Shown here: piece after piece, positions 15,502 through 23,202 of the stretch
Layout: each line of letters opens with the position of its first letter
Position numbering within the stretch: the first letter of the stretch is position 1
Virus record (IMG/VR): IMGVR_UViG_3300027279_000002
Source of the DNA: a virus
Length of the DNA stretch: 26,332 nucleotides
Direction: 5' to 3' (one strand)
Position numbers and translations under genes: made by a program
The notes under the pieces: model-generated
The model's input: the letters and a program-made list of their open reading frames with translations, nothing else
What the model was told of the DNA's origin: nothing
The model's database searches: none

Positions 15502-15840
15502 ATGAAAGATTATAAAGCTTCGTGGATAATACTTTTAGATGAGGTCATAGCCAGCATGCCTGGCTATGAAATATCTGAATATAAGAGTAACTGGGGCTAC
15601 TGGACCAATGTTTATATCCCCATCATAAAATCTCCAGATGGTTTCGAGTTCCCATTTGCTATGATAAAATACAAATATGGTAGTGCAATTCTAATACATC
15701 CCAGGGATTTTTGCATAACCCCTAAAATTATAAAAAGGGTAGAGTGGTTTTACAGAAGTGATTATTCATATGAGAGTATATTAGTAATAAGGCACCATAA
15801 AACTGGAGATGTTATTAATATTTTACCTAAAAATTTTTAA
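15502..15840 (+). CDS. Hypothetical early protein
   Basis: AAGGAGGGG SD; 112 aa. Confidence 0.55.
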   Translation: MKDYKASWIILLDEVIASMPGYEISEYKSNWGYWTNVYIPIIKSPDGFEFPFAMIKYKYGSAILIHPRDFCITPKIIKRVEWFYRSDYSYESILVIRHHKTGDVINILPKNF

Positions 15841-15850
15841 ATAGTTTTTC

Positions 15851-15876
15851 AAGGGAGCTTCGGCTCCCTTTGTTGT
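15851..15876 (+). terminator. Hairpin with TTCG tetraloop (terminator-like)
   Basis: AAGGGAGC (15851-15858), TTCG loop, GCTCCCTT (15863-15870), then TGTTGT. The U-tract is weak. Confidence 0.45.
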
Positions 15877-15892
15877 ATCTGAACCATGTGGG
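15873..15892 (+). repeat. 20-nt leader repeat TTGTATCTGAACCATGTGGG, copy 1
   Basis: Identical to 16354-16373. Sits between a hairpin and the SD of the next gene. Confidence 0.9.
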
Positions 15893-15908
15893 ATGAAAGG
15901 AGGTGCTT

Positions 15909-16304
15909 ATGAATTTGAAGAAACTTTTTAGTAGAAGGGATTTCTACGTAGTAGAAATCCCAGAATTTGACGGCAACATTGAAGAGAAGAGCAAAATTTC
16001 GGAAATTTTCATACTCAAAACGGTAAAACAATATTACCCCCAGCATATTCTAATACCATGCTACTTGAATGATTTTCAGATAATTTCGAGTGTCGTTCAG
16101 TTGTGGTTAATCGACAACTGGGGATACATCACCAGTTGTCGAACTACAAAAAACAAAATGATAATCGGGGTAAGGCATCCTAGTTTACCCAAACGAGGGG
16201 GTAAAACGATAATACTCAAAAAGAACAACAAGATAATAATTAAAACAGAGCTATATTCTGTGTATAGTTTTATTAAAAACGCTATCCTTAACGAAGATGA
16301 ATAA
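15909..16304 (+). CDS. Hypothetical early protein (ATG 15909 preferred over the GTG at 15903)
   Basis: AAGGAGGTG SD at 15897-15905. Confidence 0.55.
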   Translation: MNLKKLFSRRDFYVVEIPEFDGNIEEKSKISEIFILKTVKQYYPQHILIPCYLNDFQIISSVVQLWLIDNWGYITSCRTTKNKMIIGVRHPSLPKRGGKTIILKKNNKIIIKTELYSVYSFIKNAILNEDE

Positions 16305-16308
16305 ATTA

Positions 16309-16333
16309 AGAGGAGCTCTGTCTCCTCTTTTTT
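16309..16333 (+). terminator. Intrinsic terminator
   Basis: AAGAGGAG (16309-16316), CTCTGT loop, CTCCTCTT (16323-16330) running into a T-run. Confidence 0.6.
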
Positions 16334-16353
16334 CAACATCTATCTTTTCTTTC

Positions 16354-16373
16354 TTGTATCTGAACCATGTGGG
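16354..16373 (+). repeat. 20-nt leader repeat TTGTATCTGAACCATGTGGG, copy 2
   Basis: Identical to 15873-15892. Again lies between a terminator hairpin and an AGGAGGTG SD. Confidence 0.9.
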
Positions 16374-16386
16374 CTAGGAGGTGCCT

Positions 16387-16668
16387 ATGGAAAACATTGA
16401 AACTTTAGTTTATAAGTCCCTGCCATACAGGCAGGGACTTGTGTATCCCGAAAGGAAAAGAATACTAGATAGCCCTTTCGGGAAAAAGGCGCCTGCTTGG
16501 ATAGTCTCTATATGGGACTATTCAAGTAGACTTTTTCTTACTGACAAGGAGATTACTATCGTCAAAAACATCCTTCTTAGAATGTATTATGAAACACCGA
16601 CTGAGAGTGAGGTTGAATTATTCCTAGCCTCACTCAAGAGGCTAGGTGCTTCAAGAGATCAAGCTTAA
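16387..16668 (+). CDS. Hypothetical early protein (ATG 16387 preferred over the GTG at 16381)
   Basis: TAGGAGGTG SD. Contains a perfect 9-bp-stem hairpin at 16623-16646 near its 3-prime end. Confidence 0.55.
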   Translation: MENIETLVYKSLPYRQGLVYPERKRILDSPFGKKAPAWIVSIWDYSSRLFLTDKEITIVKNILLRMYYETPTESEVELFLASLKRLGASRDQA

Positions 16669-16679
16669 TTATTATTAAA

Positions 16680-16703
16680 GGGAAGAGGCTTAAACCTCTT
16701 CCC
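16680..16703 (+). terminator. Stable hairpin without a U-tract
   Basis: GGGAAGAGG (16680-16688), CTTAAA loop, CCTCTTCCC (16695-16703). Confidence 0.35.
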
Positions 16704-16736
16704 TACAACAAATTCAAATGGAGATGAGGAGGAAGA

Positions 16737-17093
16737 ATGGTAAGAAACAGAGCAATAATAGAAGTCCGAAACAGCGATGAAAGATATTCGCTTTTTAAGA
16801 CAATTTACGAAAAATTTTCTAAATGGCTTAAAGAAGATTTGGGCGACGAGTATGAATGCAAACTTTATTCCAATAGCGAGTCAATGTCAATCATTATAGA
16901 GCGCAAGGATGGATACCGTAAGGAAATATTAACCGCCAAACACATGGGTAGGTGTTTACTGCTGTTAGAAACATTTAGTCCCATTATCCTTTTTCTTATT
17001 GGAGATATCGTTAAAAAAATCCCCAAAAATAGAGTTCATAAGAAACGAAACAGGAAGAGATTTAAAACAATCCAATTTTTTATGTTAATGTAA
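16737..17093 (+). CDS. Hypothetical early protein with a basic C-terminus
   Basis: GAGGAGGAAG SD; 118 aa; KKRNRKRFK tail. Confidence 0.5.
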   Translation: MVRNRAIIEVRNSDERYSLFKTIYEKFSKWLKEDLGDEYECKLYSNSESMSIIIERKDGYRKEILTAKHMGRCLLLLETFSPIILFLIGDIVKKIPKNRVHKKRNRKRFKTIQFFMLM

Positions 17094-17115
17094 TTTTTTT
17101 TAAAGGAGGTGCGTT

Positions 17116-17925
17116 ATGGAAAACAAAAATTACATAACAACAGTTTCTAATGGGATTGAGGTTTCTCAATCCCAGCTCCAAGCGTTTAAGGAGAGACTGG
17201 AGGAGGTTAAGCAATTTCACAATTTTATTAAAAACCTCCTCCGTGAAGGGGAGGATTTCGGCACCGTTGAAGGTGTAAGCAAACCCTTTCTATTCAAAGC
17301 TGGCGCGGAAAAAATAACTTATGCACTTGGCTTAAGAATATCAGTAGTCATACAGGACAGAAGAGAAAATGACAACGAAATATCTTACACTATTAAATGC
17401 CAAATACTAGACAAAAACGACAAGGTGGTTTCAGAAGGTTTCGGAATTGCTAGTAGTAACGAAGTTAAGTATTACCTACAAATCCAAAAACTTATTAACA
17501 AAAATATTCCTCAAAGTGTAGCGGTTAAATCTTTAGCGAATACTCTACTTAAGATGGCGGAGAAGAGAGCCATCGTAGATGCAGTTTTACACATCCTGGG
17601 GCTCTCTAATGTATTTACCCAGGATGAAGACACTATGACTGAACCAGAAGATACCGTAAAAGAAACAACAGTCGTAAACCACCACCAACAAAACCAACAG
17701 CAAAATATTAATTCTAACTCATTAGAGGATATAATAACAGGTGTTTTAGAACAAGATTTTGTTAAATTCATATCAAGTAAGCAAGACATTAATGAAAAAG
17801 CAAGATTAATACATGCTAAGTTAAACAAGCTTATTACCGAAGCTTCGGCTTCTGGTGATGATGAAAGAGTTAAAATGTTAATGACACTAAAGAAAAAAAT
17901 TCAACAAGCAGTCAAGGGGGCTTAA
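17116..17925 (+). CDS. Putative single-strand annealing recombinase (ERF/Rad52-like)
   Basis: AAGGAGGTG SD. The KPFLFKAGAEKITYALGL and LLKMAEKRAIVDAVLHILGLSNVFTQDED blocks resemble conserved blocks of phage ERF/Sak-type annealing proteins. Has a Gln-rich linker. Confidence 0.4.
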   Translation: MENKNYITTVSNGIEVSQSQLQAFKERLEEVKQFHNFIKNLLREGEDFGTVEGVSKPFLFKAGAEKITYALGLRISVVIQDRRENDNEISYTIKCQILDKNDKVVSEGFGIASSNEVKYYLQIQKLINKNIPQSVAVKSLANTLLKMAEKRAIVDAVLHILGLSNVFTQDEDTMTEPEDTVKETTVVNHHQQNQQQNINSNSLEDIITGVLEQDFVKFISSKQDINEKARLIHAKLNKLITEASASGDDERVKMLMTLKKKIQQAVKGA

Positions 17926-17943
17926 TGCTCCCTTTGTATTTTT
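17914..17943 (+). terminator. Intrinsic terminator overlapping the stop codon
   Basis: AAGGGGGC (17914-17921), TTAAT loop, GCTCCCTT (17927-17934, one G-U pair), then TGTATTTTT. Confidence 0.5.
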
Positions 17944-17956
17944 AAGGAGGGCACGT

Positions 17957-18433
17957 ATGAAGGTAAGAGAGTTTATAAAACAAACAAAAAAATTATATTT
18001 TCCCACTTTTTCGTCAAAGGTGGCGTTCCTGGTGGGGGTTTTGACAAGAGAAAATGAGTGGGCAGTAAGGGAAAGCGAAGAGTTAAACCAATTCCTTAAC
18101 TCACTATTTACCAACACTAATACAATTCTAACAAAAACTACATTTCGTAAAGTTATAGATGTGCTCATAAGACTAAAGAGAAAGACAAACGATTTTCAAA
18201 CGACTATGTTAAATTATATCATTAAGGCGATGTTACTTATTAAAGATTTAGATAGGCATTTTCTTAAAATAGAGACAGGTTATTTCCTTTCTGGCTACAT
18301 GCTAGGTTTGCGTGAATTTTATAAATTCCTTAAACAAATTAACGATAAAGAACGAGAACAAGACAAATTCCTTTCAGAACAAGAAAAAGCATTAAAAAAG
18401 TTCCTATCATCAAAGAAAAATTTATTAAGGTAG
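17957..18433 (+). CDS. Hypothetical early protein
   Basis: AAGGAGGG SD; 158 aa. Confidence 0.5.
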   Translation: MKVREFIKQTKKLYFPTFSSKVAFLVGVLTRENEWAVRESEELNQFLNSLFTNTNTILTKTTFRKVIDVLIRLKRKTNDFQTTMLNYIIKAMLLIKDLDRHFLKIETGYFLSGYMLGLREFYKFLKQINDKEREQDKFLSEQEKALKKFLSSKKNLLR

Positions 18434-18446
18434 GGGGGTATAGGTT

Positions 18447-19499
18447 ATGATGAAACAAATACGAAAAATTATAAAAAATCTAACGGGGGCTTATATGGAG
18501 GAAATAAACAAAGTTTTAAGAATGTTCAGAGATAAGGAATTAGAGAAAAAAGTGTTAACTTATATTCTACTGTTACAGGAACAAGGGGAACTAAATAGTT
18601 ACGAAGACATGGACATTCTTAAGGATATCCTTATTTCTTTTGCTTTACAAAAAGCAAAAAATATTAACACTCAAACTCTTCTAAAAAGCACCTTCCTTGC
18701 GAGGTGCTTTGAGTATAGAAGGGGGTTTTGGGATAAAACAATATCGGAACTCTACGAACTAATCTTTTTACAAACACAACAGCAAACTAAAACCGAAAAC
18801 CAAAACCAAATCAAAATAGAAACACAAGAACAAAAACAAAGTGAAACTGTTAAAGCGGTAGAAGAAATAACCGAAAGAGAAACAAAAGAAAACGAAGAGA
18901 ATAAGGAAAAACTAAACTCTTTGTTTGCGTTTGCTGGTAAAGTGTGGGAAAGGTTAAAAATTCCTGAAAAAATGCCAAAGGAATTCGTATGGGCATTAAG
19001 AGATAAACTGCAAAGTTACAGCGAGGAGGATATCCTAATATTCGTTACAATATTCCGAAAAATAGAGCCAGCAGGCGGCTGGAAACTGTTTATTTCACAG
19101 TTTCATACTCTATCTGTTATTGCTAAATCCTTAAAGAATCAAAGCACTGTTTTAAAATCCAAACTTGTTAATCGTGCATGGGAAACTCTTATTCATAAGA
19201 CTGATTATATTTCGTTAGAGATACTACCAAAACTCGGACAGATGGCTTATAAATTCATAAAATCAAAGATATTTGATTTAAGTAAAAATAGTAGTGATTT
19301 TATACCATCTCTTAATTCATTTCTGGACAAAATTTTTAAAGAGTGGTCGGCGATGACAGAAACAGAGAAAGGAAACTGGAGAAGTAATAGTAAAGAGTTA
19401 ATGCTACAGGATGCGAAAAAGTATAATATTCAGGTCGTTTTAGATAGTAAAGGTGAAATTATAAGTGTGAATACAAGCGGGAACGGTGTTTTGGCTTAG
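18447..19499 (+). CDS. Two-domain hypothetical protein (possible replication organiser, positional)
   Basis: GGGGGGT SD. 350 aa, with N- and C-terminal regions separated by a Gln/Thr/Glu-rich linker encoded by A/C-only low-complexity DNA (about 18786-18841). Confidence 0.45.
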   Translation: MMKQIRKIIKNLTGAYMEEINKVLRMFRDKELEKKVLTYILLLQEQGELNSYEDMDILKDILISFALQKAKNINTQTLLKSTFLARCFEYRRGFWDKTISELYELIFLQTQQQTKTENQNQIKIETQEQKQSETVKAVEEITERETKENEENKEKLNSLFAFAGKVWERLKIPEKMPKEFVWALRDKLQSYSEEDILIFVTIFRKIEPAGGWKLFISQFHTLSVIAKSLKNQSTVLKSKLVNRAWETLIHKTDYISLEILPKLGQMAYKFIKSKIFDLSKNSSDFIPSLNSFLDKIFKEWSAMTETEKGNWRSNSKELMLQDAKKYNIQVVLDSKGEIISVNTSGNGVLA

Positions 19500-19512
19500 C
19501 CGTTCCTGTTTT
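19480..19512 (+). terminator. Weak terminator-like hairpin at the end of the early region
   Basis: GGAACGG (19480-19486) pairs with CCGTTCC (19500-19506) around a 13-nt loop, followed by TGTTTTCC. Confidence 0.3.
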
Positions 19513-19541
19513 CCTTTCATATCTCTTTTTAAATCTCTCTA

Positions 19542-19573
19542 ATGCATATATTCTATGTATTTTATTATAGAAC
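19542..19573 (-). promoter_or_regulatory. Conserved AT-rich element, copy 4 (inverted orientation)
   Basis: The reverse complement reads GTTCTATAATAAAATACATAGAATATATGCAT. The 15-nt core CATAGAATATATGCA (19557 down to 19543) is perfect, and TATAAT lies on the minus strand at 19569-19564. Confidence 0.5.
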
Positions 19574-19605
19574 TCAAAAATCTCTAATCCTTTATAATTT
19601 CACCT
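19570..19605 (+). promoter_or_regulatory. Candidate promoter for a leaderless transcript
   Basis: Perfect TATAAT at 19593-19598, exactly 7 nt before the ATG at 19606. There is no SD, and only a weak -35 (TAGAAC/GAACTC). Confidence 0.4.
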
Positions 19606-20148
19606 ATGAAACAGTGGAAAATTGAGAAAAGAAAAGTAAGTGAACTTAAATTCTACCCTGGTAACCCACGAAAAATTAGTAAAGAGATGTTAGAAAAACT
19701 TAAAAACAGTATTCGTGAGTTTGGAGCAGTGGAACCTTTGGTTATAAATCCCAGAAATGAGGTTATAGGTGGTAACCAACGATTAAAAGCCCTACGGGAA
19801 CTCGGAATTGAGGAAGTGGATTGTATCGTTGTAGATTTACCGAAGTCAAAAGAAAAAGCACTTAATATTGCGTTAAATAAAATACAAGGCGAGTTTGATG
19901 AAGATTTATTAAGGTTATTCTTAATTGACATAGAACTACCAGATTTTGACTTAACTGGTTTAGAGGATGTTTTTAAAGAAAAATGCGGTAACATTGAGGA
20001 GTATTTTTCGGAAATTGAACCTAAGCCATACAAGAAGTTCCATATTTTGCTTTCGTTTGATATTGATGCTTACGTTAGACAGATAGACAAGATAAACGAA
20101 TTTATAAACTCTCTTGAGGGGGTAGAAGTTGAAAAGTCACAAAACTGA
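19606..20148 (+). CDS. ParB-like N-terminal domain protein (paralog of the N-terminus of 14170-15435)
   Basis: Shares with the fusion protein: GNPRKIS, LKNSIREFGAVEPLVINP, VIGGNQRL, RELGIEEV, KSKEKALNIALNK, GEFDEDLL. Confidence 0.7.
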   Translation: MKQWKIEKRKVSELKFYPGNPRKISKEMLEKLKNSIREFGAVEPLVINPRNEVIGGNQRLKALRELGIEEVDCIVVDLPKSKEKALNIALNKIQGEFDEDLLRLFLIDIELPDFDLTGLEDVFKEKCGNIEEYFSEIEPKPYKKFHILLSFDIDAYVRQIDKINEFINSLEGVEVEKSQN

Positions 20149-20698
20149 TAATAGTCACTTTTGGGGTAAAGTTAGGTTAAGAGAAAAAATGATTGAAGAC
20201 CTAAGCGAAATAAATGTTTTGGATTTATACAGTGGGTATGGGACCATTTGGAGTACCATTAAAGAAAGGAATAAAGATAAGAAAATAAATGTTACATCAG
20301 TAGAGAAGGTTAAAGGTAAAAATCCAAATGCTATTTGTGCGGATGCTTTAAAACTTATTCCATCTTTGGATCTTAGTAGGTATGATGTTATAGACATAGA
20401 TGTTTACGGAAACCCATACAAACCACTTAAGGCTATTGTTAAGAATGGTAGTTTTAAGGATGGAGTTAATATTTTTTTAACGGACATTCGGATTGGTTAT
20501 GGAGCGGTTCCAACTGAACTATTGCTTAGCCTTGGTTTTGCGGAGAAACAAATAAAGAAAGCACCAACTATTTTTTATAAGTTTGAACAATTGGCAATTT
20601 TTAACTTCCTTTACGAACTTGGTGTTAAGAAAGTGTTGAAATTTCAGCCGACTTATAATAAAATTTATATAGGTTTTAAATTAAGGAGGTGTTTATGA
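20129..20698 (+). CDS. SAM-dependent methyltransferase-like protein (Trm1/RsmD-like motifs)
   Basis: TTG start 8 nt after a GAGGGGGT SD, overlapping the upstream gene by 20 nt. Motif I-like VLDLYSGYG and motif IV-like DVIDIDVYGNPY. Confidence 0.5.
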   Translation: MKSHKTDNSHFWGKVRLREKMIEDLSEINVLDLYSGYGTIWSTIKERNKDKKINVTSVEKVKGKNPNAICADALKLIPSLDLSRYDVIDIDVYGNPYKPLKAIVKNGSFKDGVNIFLTDIRIGYGAVPTELLLSLGFAEKQIKKAPTIFYKFEQLAIFNFLYELGVKKVLKFQPTYNKIYIGFKLRRCL

Positions 20699-21528
20699 AG
20701 GTAATTTACGAACCAAAGGGGAGAGCTAGGGAATATGCCCCCCTAGCTGTCAACCTTTTTACTGGATGTACGCATGGCTGTAAGTATTGCTATGTTCCAA
20801 GAATTTTAAACAAATCTTACTCAGAGTACATTGTTTTTCAAAAAAAAGACAATATACTAAAAGATCTGGAAGAGGATTGTAAAAAATACTGTTGCTCAAA
20901 ACTATATGTTCAGTTATCTTTCGTAGGGGACCCCTACGATGCAATGGATACGGAAGGAATAACAAGAGAGGCGCTAAAAATACTTTTAAGATACAAAATT
21001 CCAGTTTCAATACTAACCAAAGGTGGTAGTAGGCTATTAAGAGATTTGGATATATTTAAAAAGTTCGGAGAACACATAATAGTTGGACAAAGCTTGACCT
21101 TTATATCCAAAGAAAAAAGCCTTAAGTGGGAACCTAACGCGGCGCTTCCAGAAGAAAGGATTGATACCTTCAAAATTCTAAAGGAAAATGGGATAAGAAC
21201 ATGGGCTAGCCTTGAGCCAACCATTGACCCAGAGGAAAGTTTGGAGTTAATAAAAAGAACCTTACCATATGTTGATTACTACAAGATGGGTAAGGTCAAT
21301 CATATAGGCATAGAAAACAAAATAGACTGGAGATGGTTTGCAATTAGAGCAATCGAAATACTCAATGCTAATGGCAAAGACTTTTACATAAAAAAAGACT
21401 TAAGAGAGGCTAGCGGAGTTGAACATTTGTTAACCCCGAGACAAAAAGATCAGGACGACATGAAGGTTAAACCTTTCCCTTGTGAGCATTGCAACAAAAA
21501 CGATAACAAAGATTTACTTTTGTTTTAG
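20695..21528 (+). CDS. Radical SAM protein, SplB-like (family often annotated DNA repair photolyase)
   Basis: AAGGAGGTG SD and ATGA overlap with the upstream gene. CxxxCxxC in GCTHGCKYCY (first Cys codon at 20767). Downstream ILTKGG..LLRDLD, EPNAALPEERI and SLEPTIDPEES match the usual layout of this family. Confidence 0.7.
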   Translation: MKVIYEPKGRAREYAPLAVNLFTGCTHGCKYCYVPRILNKSYSEYIVFQKKDNILKDLEEDCKKYCCSKLYVQLSFVGDPYDAMDTEGITREALKILLRYKIPVSILTKGGSRLLRDLDIFKKFGEHIIVGQSLTFISKEKSLKWEPNAALPEERIDTFKILKENGIRTWASLEPTIDPEESLELIKRTLPYVDYYKMGKVNHIGIENKIDWRWFAIRAIEILNANGKDFYIKKDLREASGVEHLLTPRQKDQDDMKVKPFPCEHCNKNDNKDLLLF

Positions 21529-21674
21529 TTTAATCTTTTTTCTAAAATAAACCTGTCTTTTACTTCTATTTTACTTGCTCATAACCTACCATATTACTTT
21601 TTATTTCTTTCAATATACCATAACTAATCTTTTTATTACCTCAAACCACCGTAAAATCTTTTATTCTTTAATAT

Positions 21675-22043
21675 ATGCGTAGTGAGAAAAAAGACATAAT
21701 AAAACGACAGATTTTGGAAGCACTAGGCAGTGGACTACCACGCTATAAGGCTTGTGAAAGTGTTGGAATATCTCTATCAACTTTTTACCGTTGGCTAAAC
21801 CAGGATAAAAAATTTGCTAGAGAAGTGGCTGAAGCGGAAGAGGTAGCGGTGATGCTAGTAGAAGATGCTTTGTATGCTAAAGCAATAAAGGGAGATGTAA
21901 GAGCTATGATTTTCTTTTTAACCAACCGAAGACCGAACCGTTGGAAAGTTGCAGGTAATGAGTTAGCAAGTGGCGAGGAAAGGAAAATTGTTTTTGAGGT
22001 GGTAGATGCAAGAAGTGAGAGTGAAAGTAACGAGGCTGTTTAG
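21675..22043 (+). CDS. terS: Terminase small subunit (HTH type)
   Basis: The HTH CESVGISLSTFYRWL and the IFFLTNRRPNRWK block are typical of small terminase subunits. Lies directly upstream of, and overlaps, terL. No SD. Confidence 0.65.
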   Translation: MRSEKKDIIKRQILEALGSGLPRYKACESVGISLSTFYRWLNQDKKFAREVAEAEEVAVMLVEDALYAKAIKGDVRAMIFFLTNRRPNRWKVAGNELASGEERKIVFEVVDARSESESNEAV

Positions 22044-23172
22044 AGAGTTATTAAATAGCAAAGAAGCGGTAATTATAAATGTCGGTGGTGCTAGGAGTGG
22101 TAAAAGTTTTGCAACAATGCAATACTTAATTTACAAACTACTCTCGGAGCAGGATAGATTTGTTCTTATCACCCGAAAAACTTTTCCATCGTTGCGGGTT
22201 TCGGTTATTTTACCGTTTTTGGAAATGTTAAACAAGTTAGGAATTCGTTATCTTTACAACAAGTCAGAGCACTTATTAGCAGTTAATAACAATTTGCTTT
22301 TGTTTTCATCGTTGGATAACCCCGAAAAAATTAAGTCAACTGAGTTTAATTATATCTGGATGGAGGAGGCTAATGAATTCACTTACGAAGATTATCAACT
22401 TCTTAAGATGCGTTTATCCAGACCGACTAACACTAAAAACCAAATTATTTTGACCTTCAATCCTGTGGAGTGCTACATTTCTGAAAGGGTGATGGTGGAG
22501 GAGAAAGACATTAAAATAATTCGTAGTAATTACAAAGACAATCCGTTTTTGAGTGAGGAATACAAAAGACTTTTAGAAGACTTAAAGCACCAAAACCAAA
22601 CTCTTTACAAAATTTATGCTCTCGGTGAGTTTGCTACTCCAGAGGGGCTTGTTTATGACAACTTTGAAATTATCTACAGTTATGAAACAGCCGAAAAAGA
22701 TAAAATCATCTGGGGACTAGACTTTGGTTATAATGACCCTACGGCTTTAGTTAAGTTAGCCGTAAACACAGATACAAAGCAAATAACAATTCTGGAGGAG
22801 TTTTATCAAACACATTTGACAACCACCGAAATCGTAGAAATTGTTAAAAGTAAGATAGCACCGAATAAGTTAGTAGTTTGTGATAGTGCTGAACCCGACA
22901 GGATAAGAGAACTACAACTAGCGGGGATTTGGGCGGTTCCTAGTTTGAAGACAAGAATAACAGAGGAAATAAACTACATTAAAACTTTTAAAATTAAAGT
23001 GCTTAATTACTGTCAAAACACCATAAAAGAGTTAAAAAGTTACACGTGGAAAGAGAAAAACGGAAAATGGCTTGATGAACCTGTTGATTTTGCTAATCAT
23101 GCGTTAGATGCTATGCGTTATGCTGTAACTTATTTAACAAAATCAAGCGGTTTTTATTTCGTTGTAAAATAA
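22006..23172 (+). CDS. terL: Terminase large subunit (PBSX-like)
   Basis: Walker A GGARSGKS, Walker B-like IWMEEANE, and C-terminal nuclease-like DSAEPDRI and HALDAMRY. Confidence 0.85.
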   Translation: MQEVRVKVTRLFRELLNSKEAVIINVGGARSGKSFATMQYLIYKLLSEQDRFVLITRKTFPSLRVSVILPFLEMLNKLGIRYLYNKSEHLLAVNNNLLLFSSLDNPEKIKSTEFNYIWMEEANEFTYEDYQLLKMRLSRPTNTKNQIILTFNPVECYISERVMVEEKDIKIIRSNYKDNPFLSEEYKRLLEDLKHQNQTLYKIYALGEFATPEGLVYDNFEIIYSYETAEKDKIIWGLDFGYNDPTALVKLAVNTDTKQITILEEFYQTHLTTTEIVEIVKSKIAPNKLVVCDSAEPDRIRELQLAGIWAVPSLKTRITEEINYIKTFKIKVLNYCQNTIKELKSYTWKEKNGKWLDEPVDFANHALDAMRYAVTYLTKSSGFYFVVK

Positions 23173-23202
23173 AAATCATCCATAATTAAGTCGGAGGCTA
23201 AA

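Noticed and set aside
15886-15912. Short upstream ORFs starting at the ATG inside the conserved 20-mer (MWDERRCL, stop overlapping the main ATG; second copy at 16367-16408)
   Set aside because: No SD precedes the upstream ATG. The two peptides differ in length, and their frame relation to the main gene differs. The shared residues are simply the translation of the SD region.
18786-18841. A/C-only low-complexity repeats (AAAACC units) in the linker of 18447-19499 as origin iterons within an initiator gene, lambda O style
   Set aside because: The units are short and irregular, and the need to encode a Gln/Thr/Asn/Glu-rich linker explains them. A similar Gln-rich tract occurs in 17116-17925. 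The 13319-13912 region is a much better origin candidate. This is not excluded, only unsupported.
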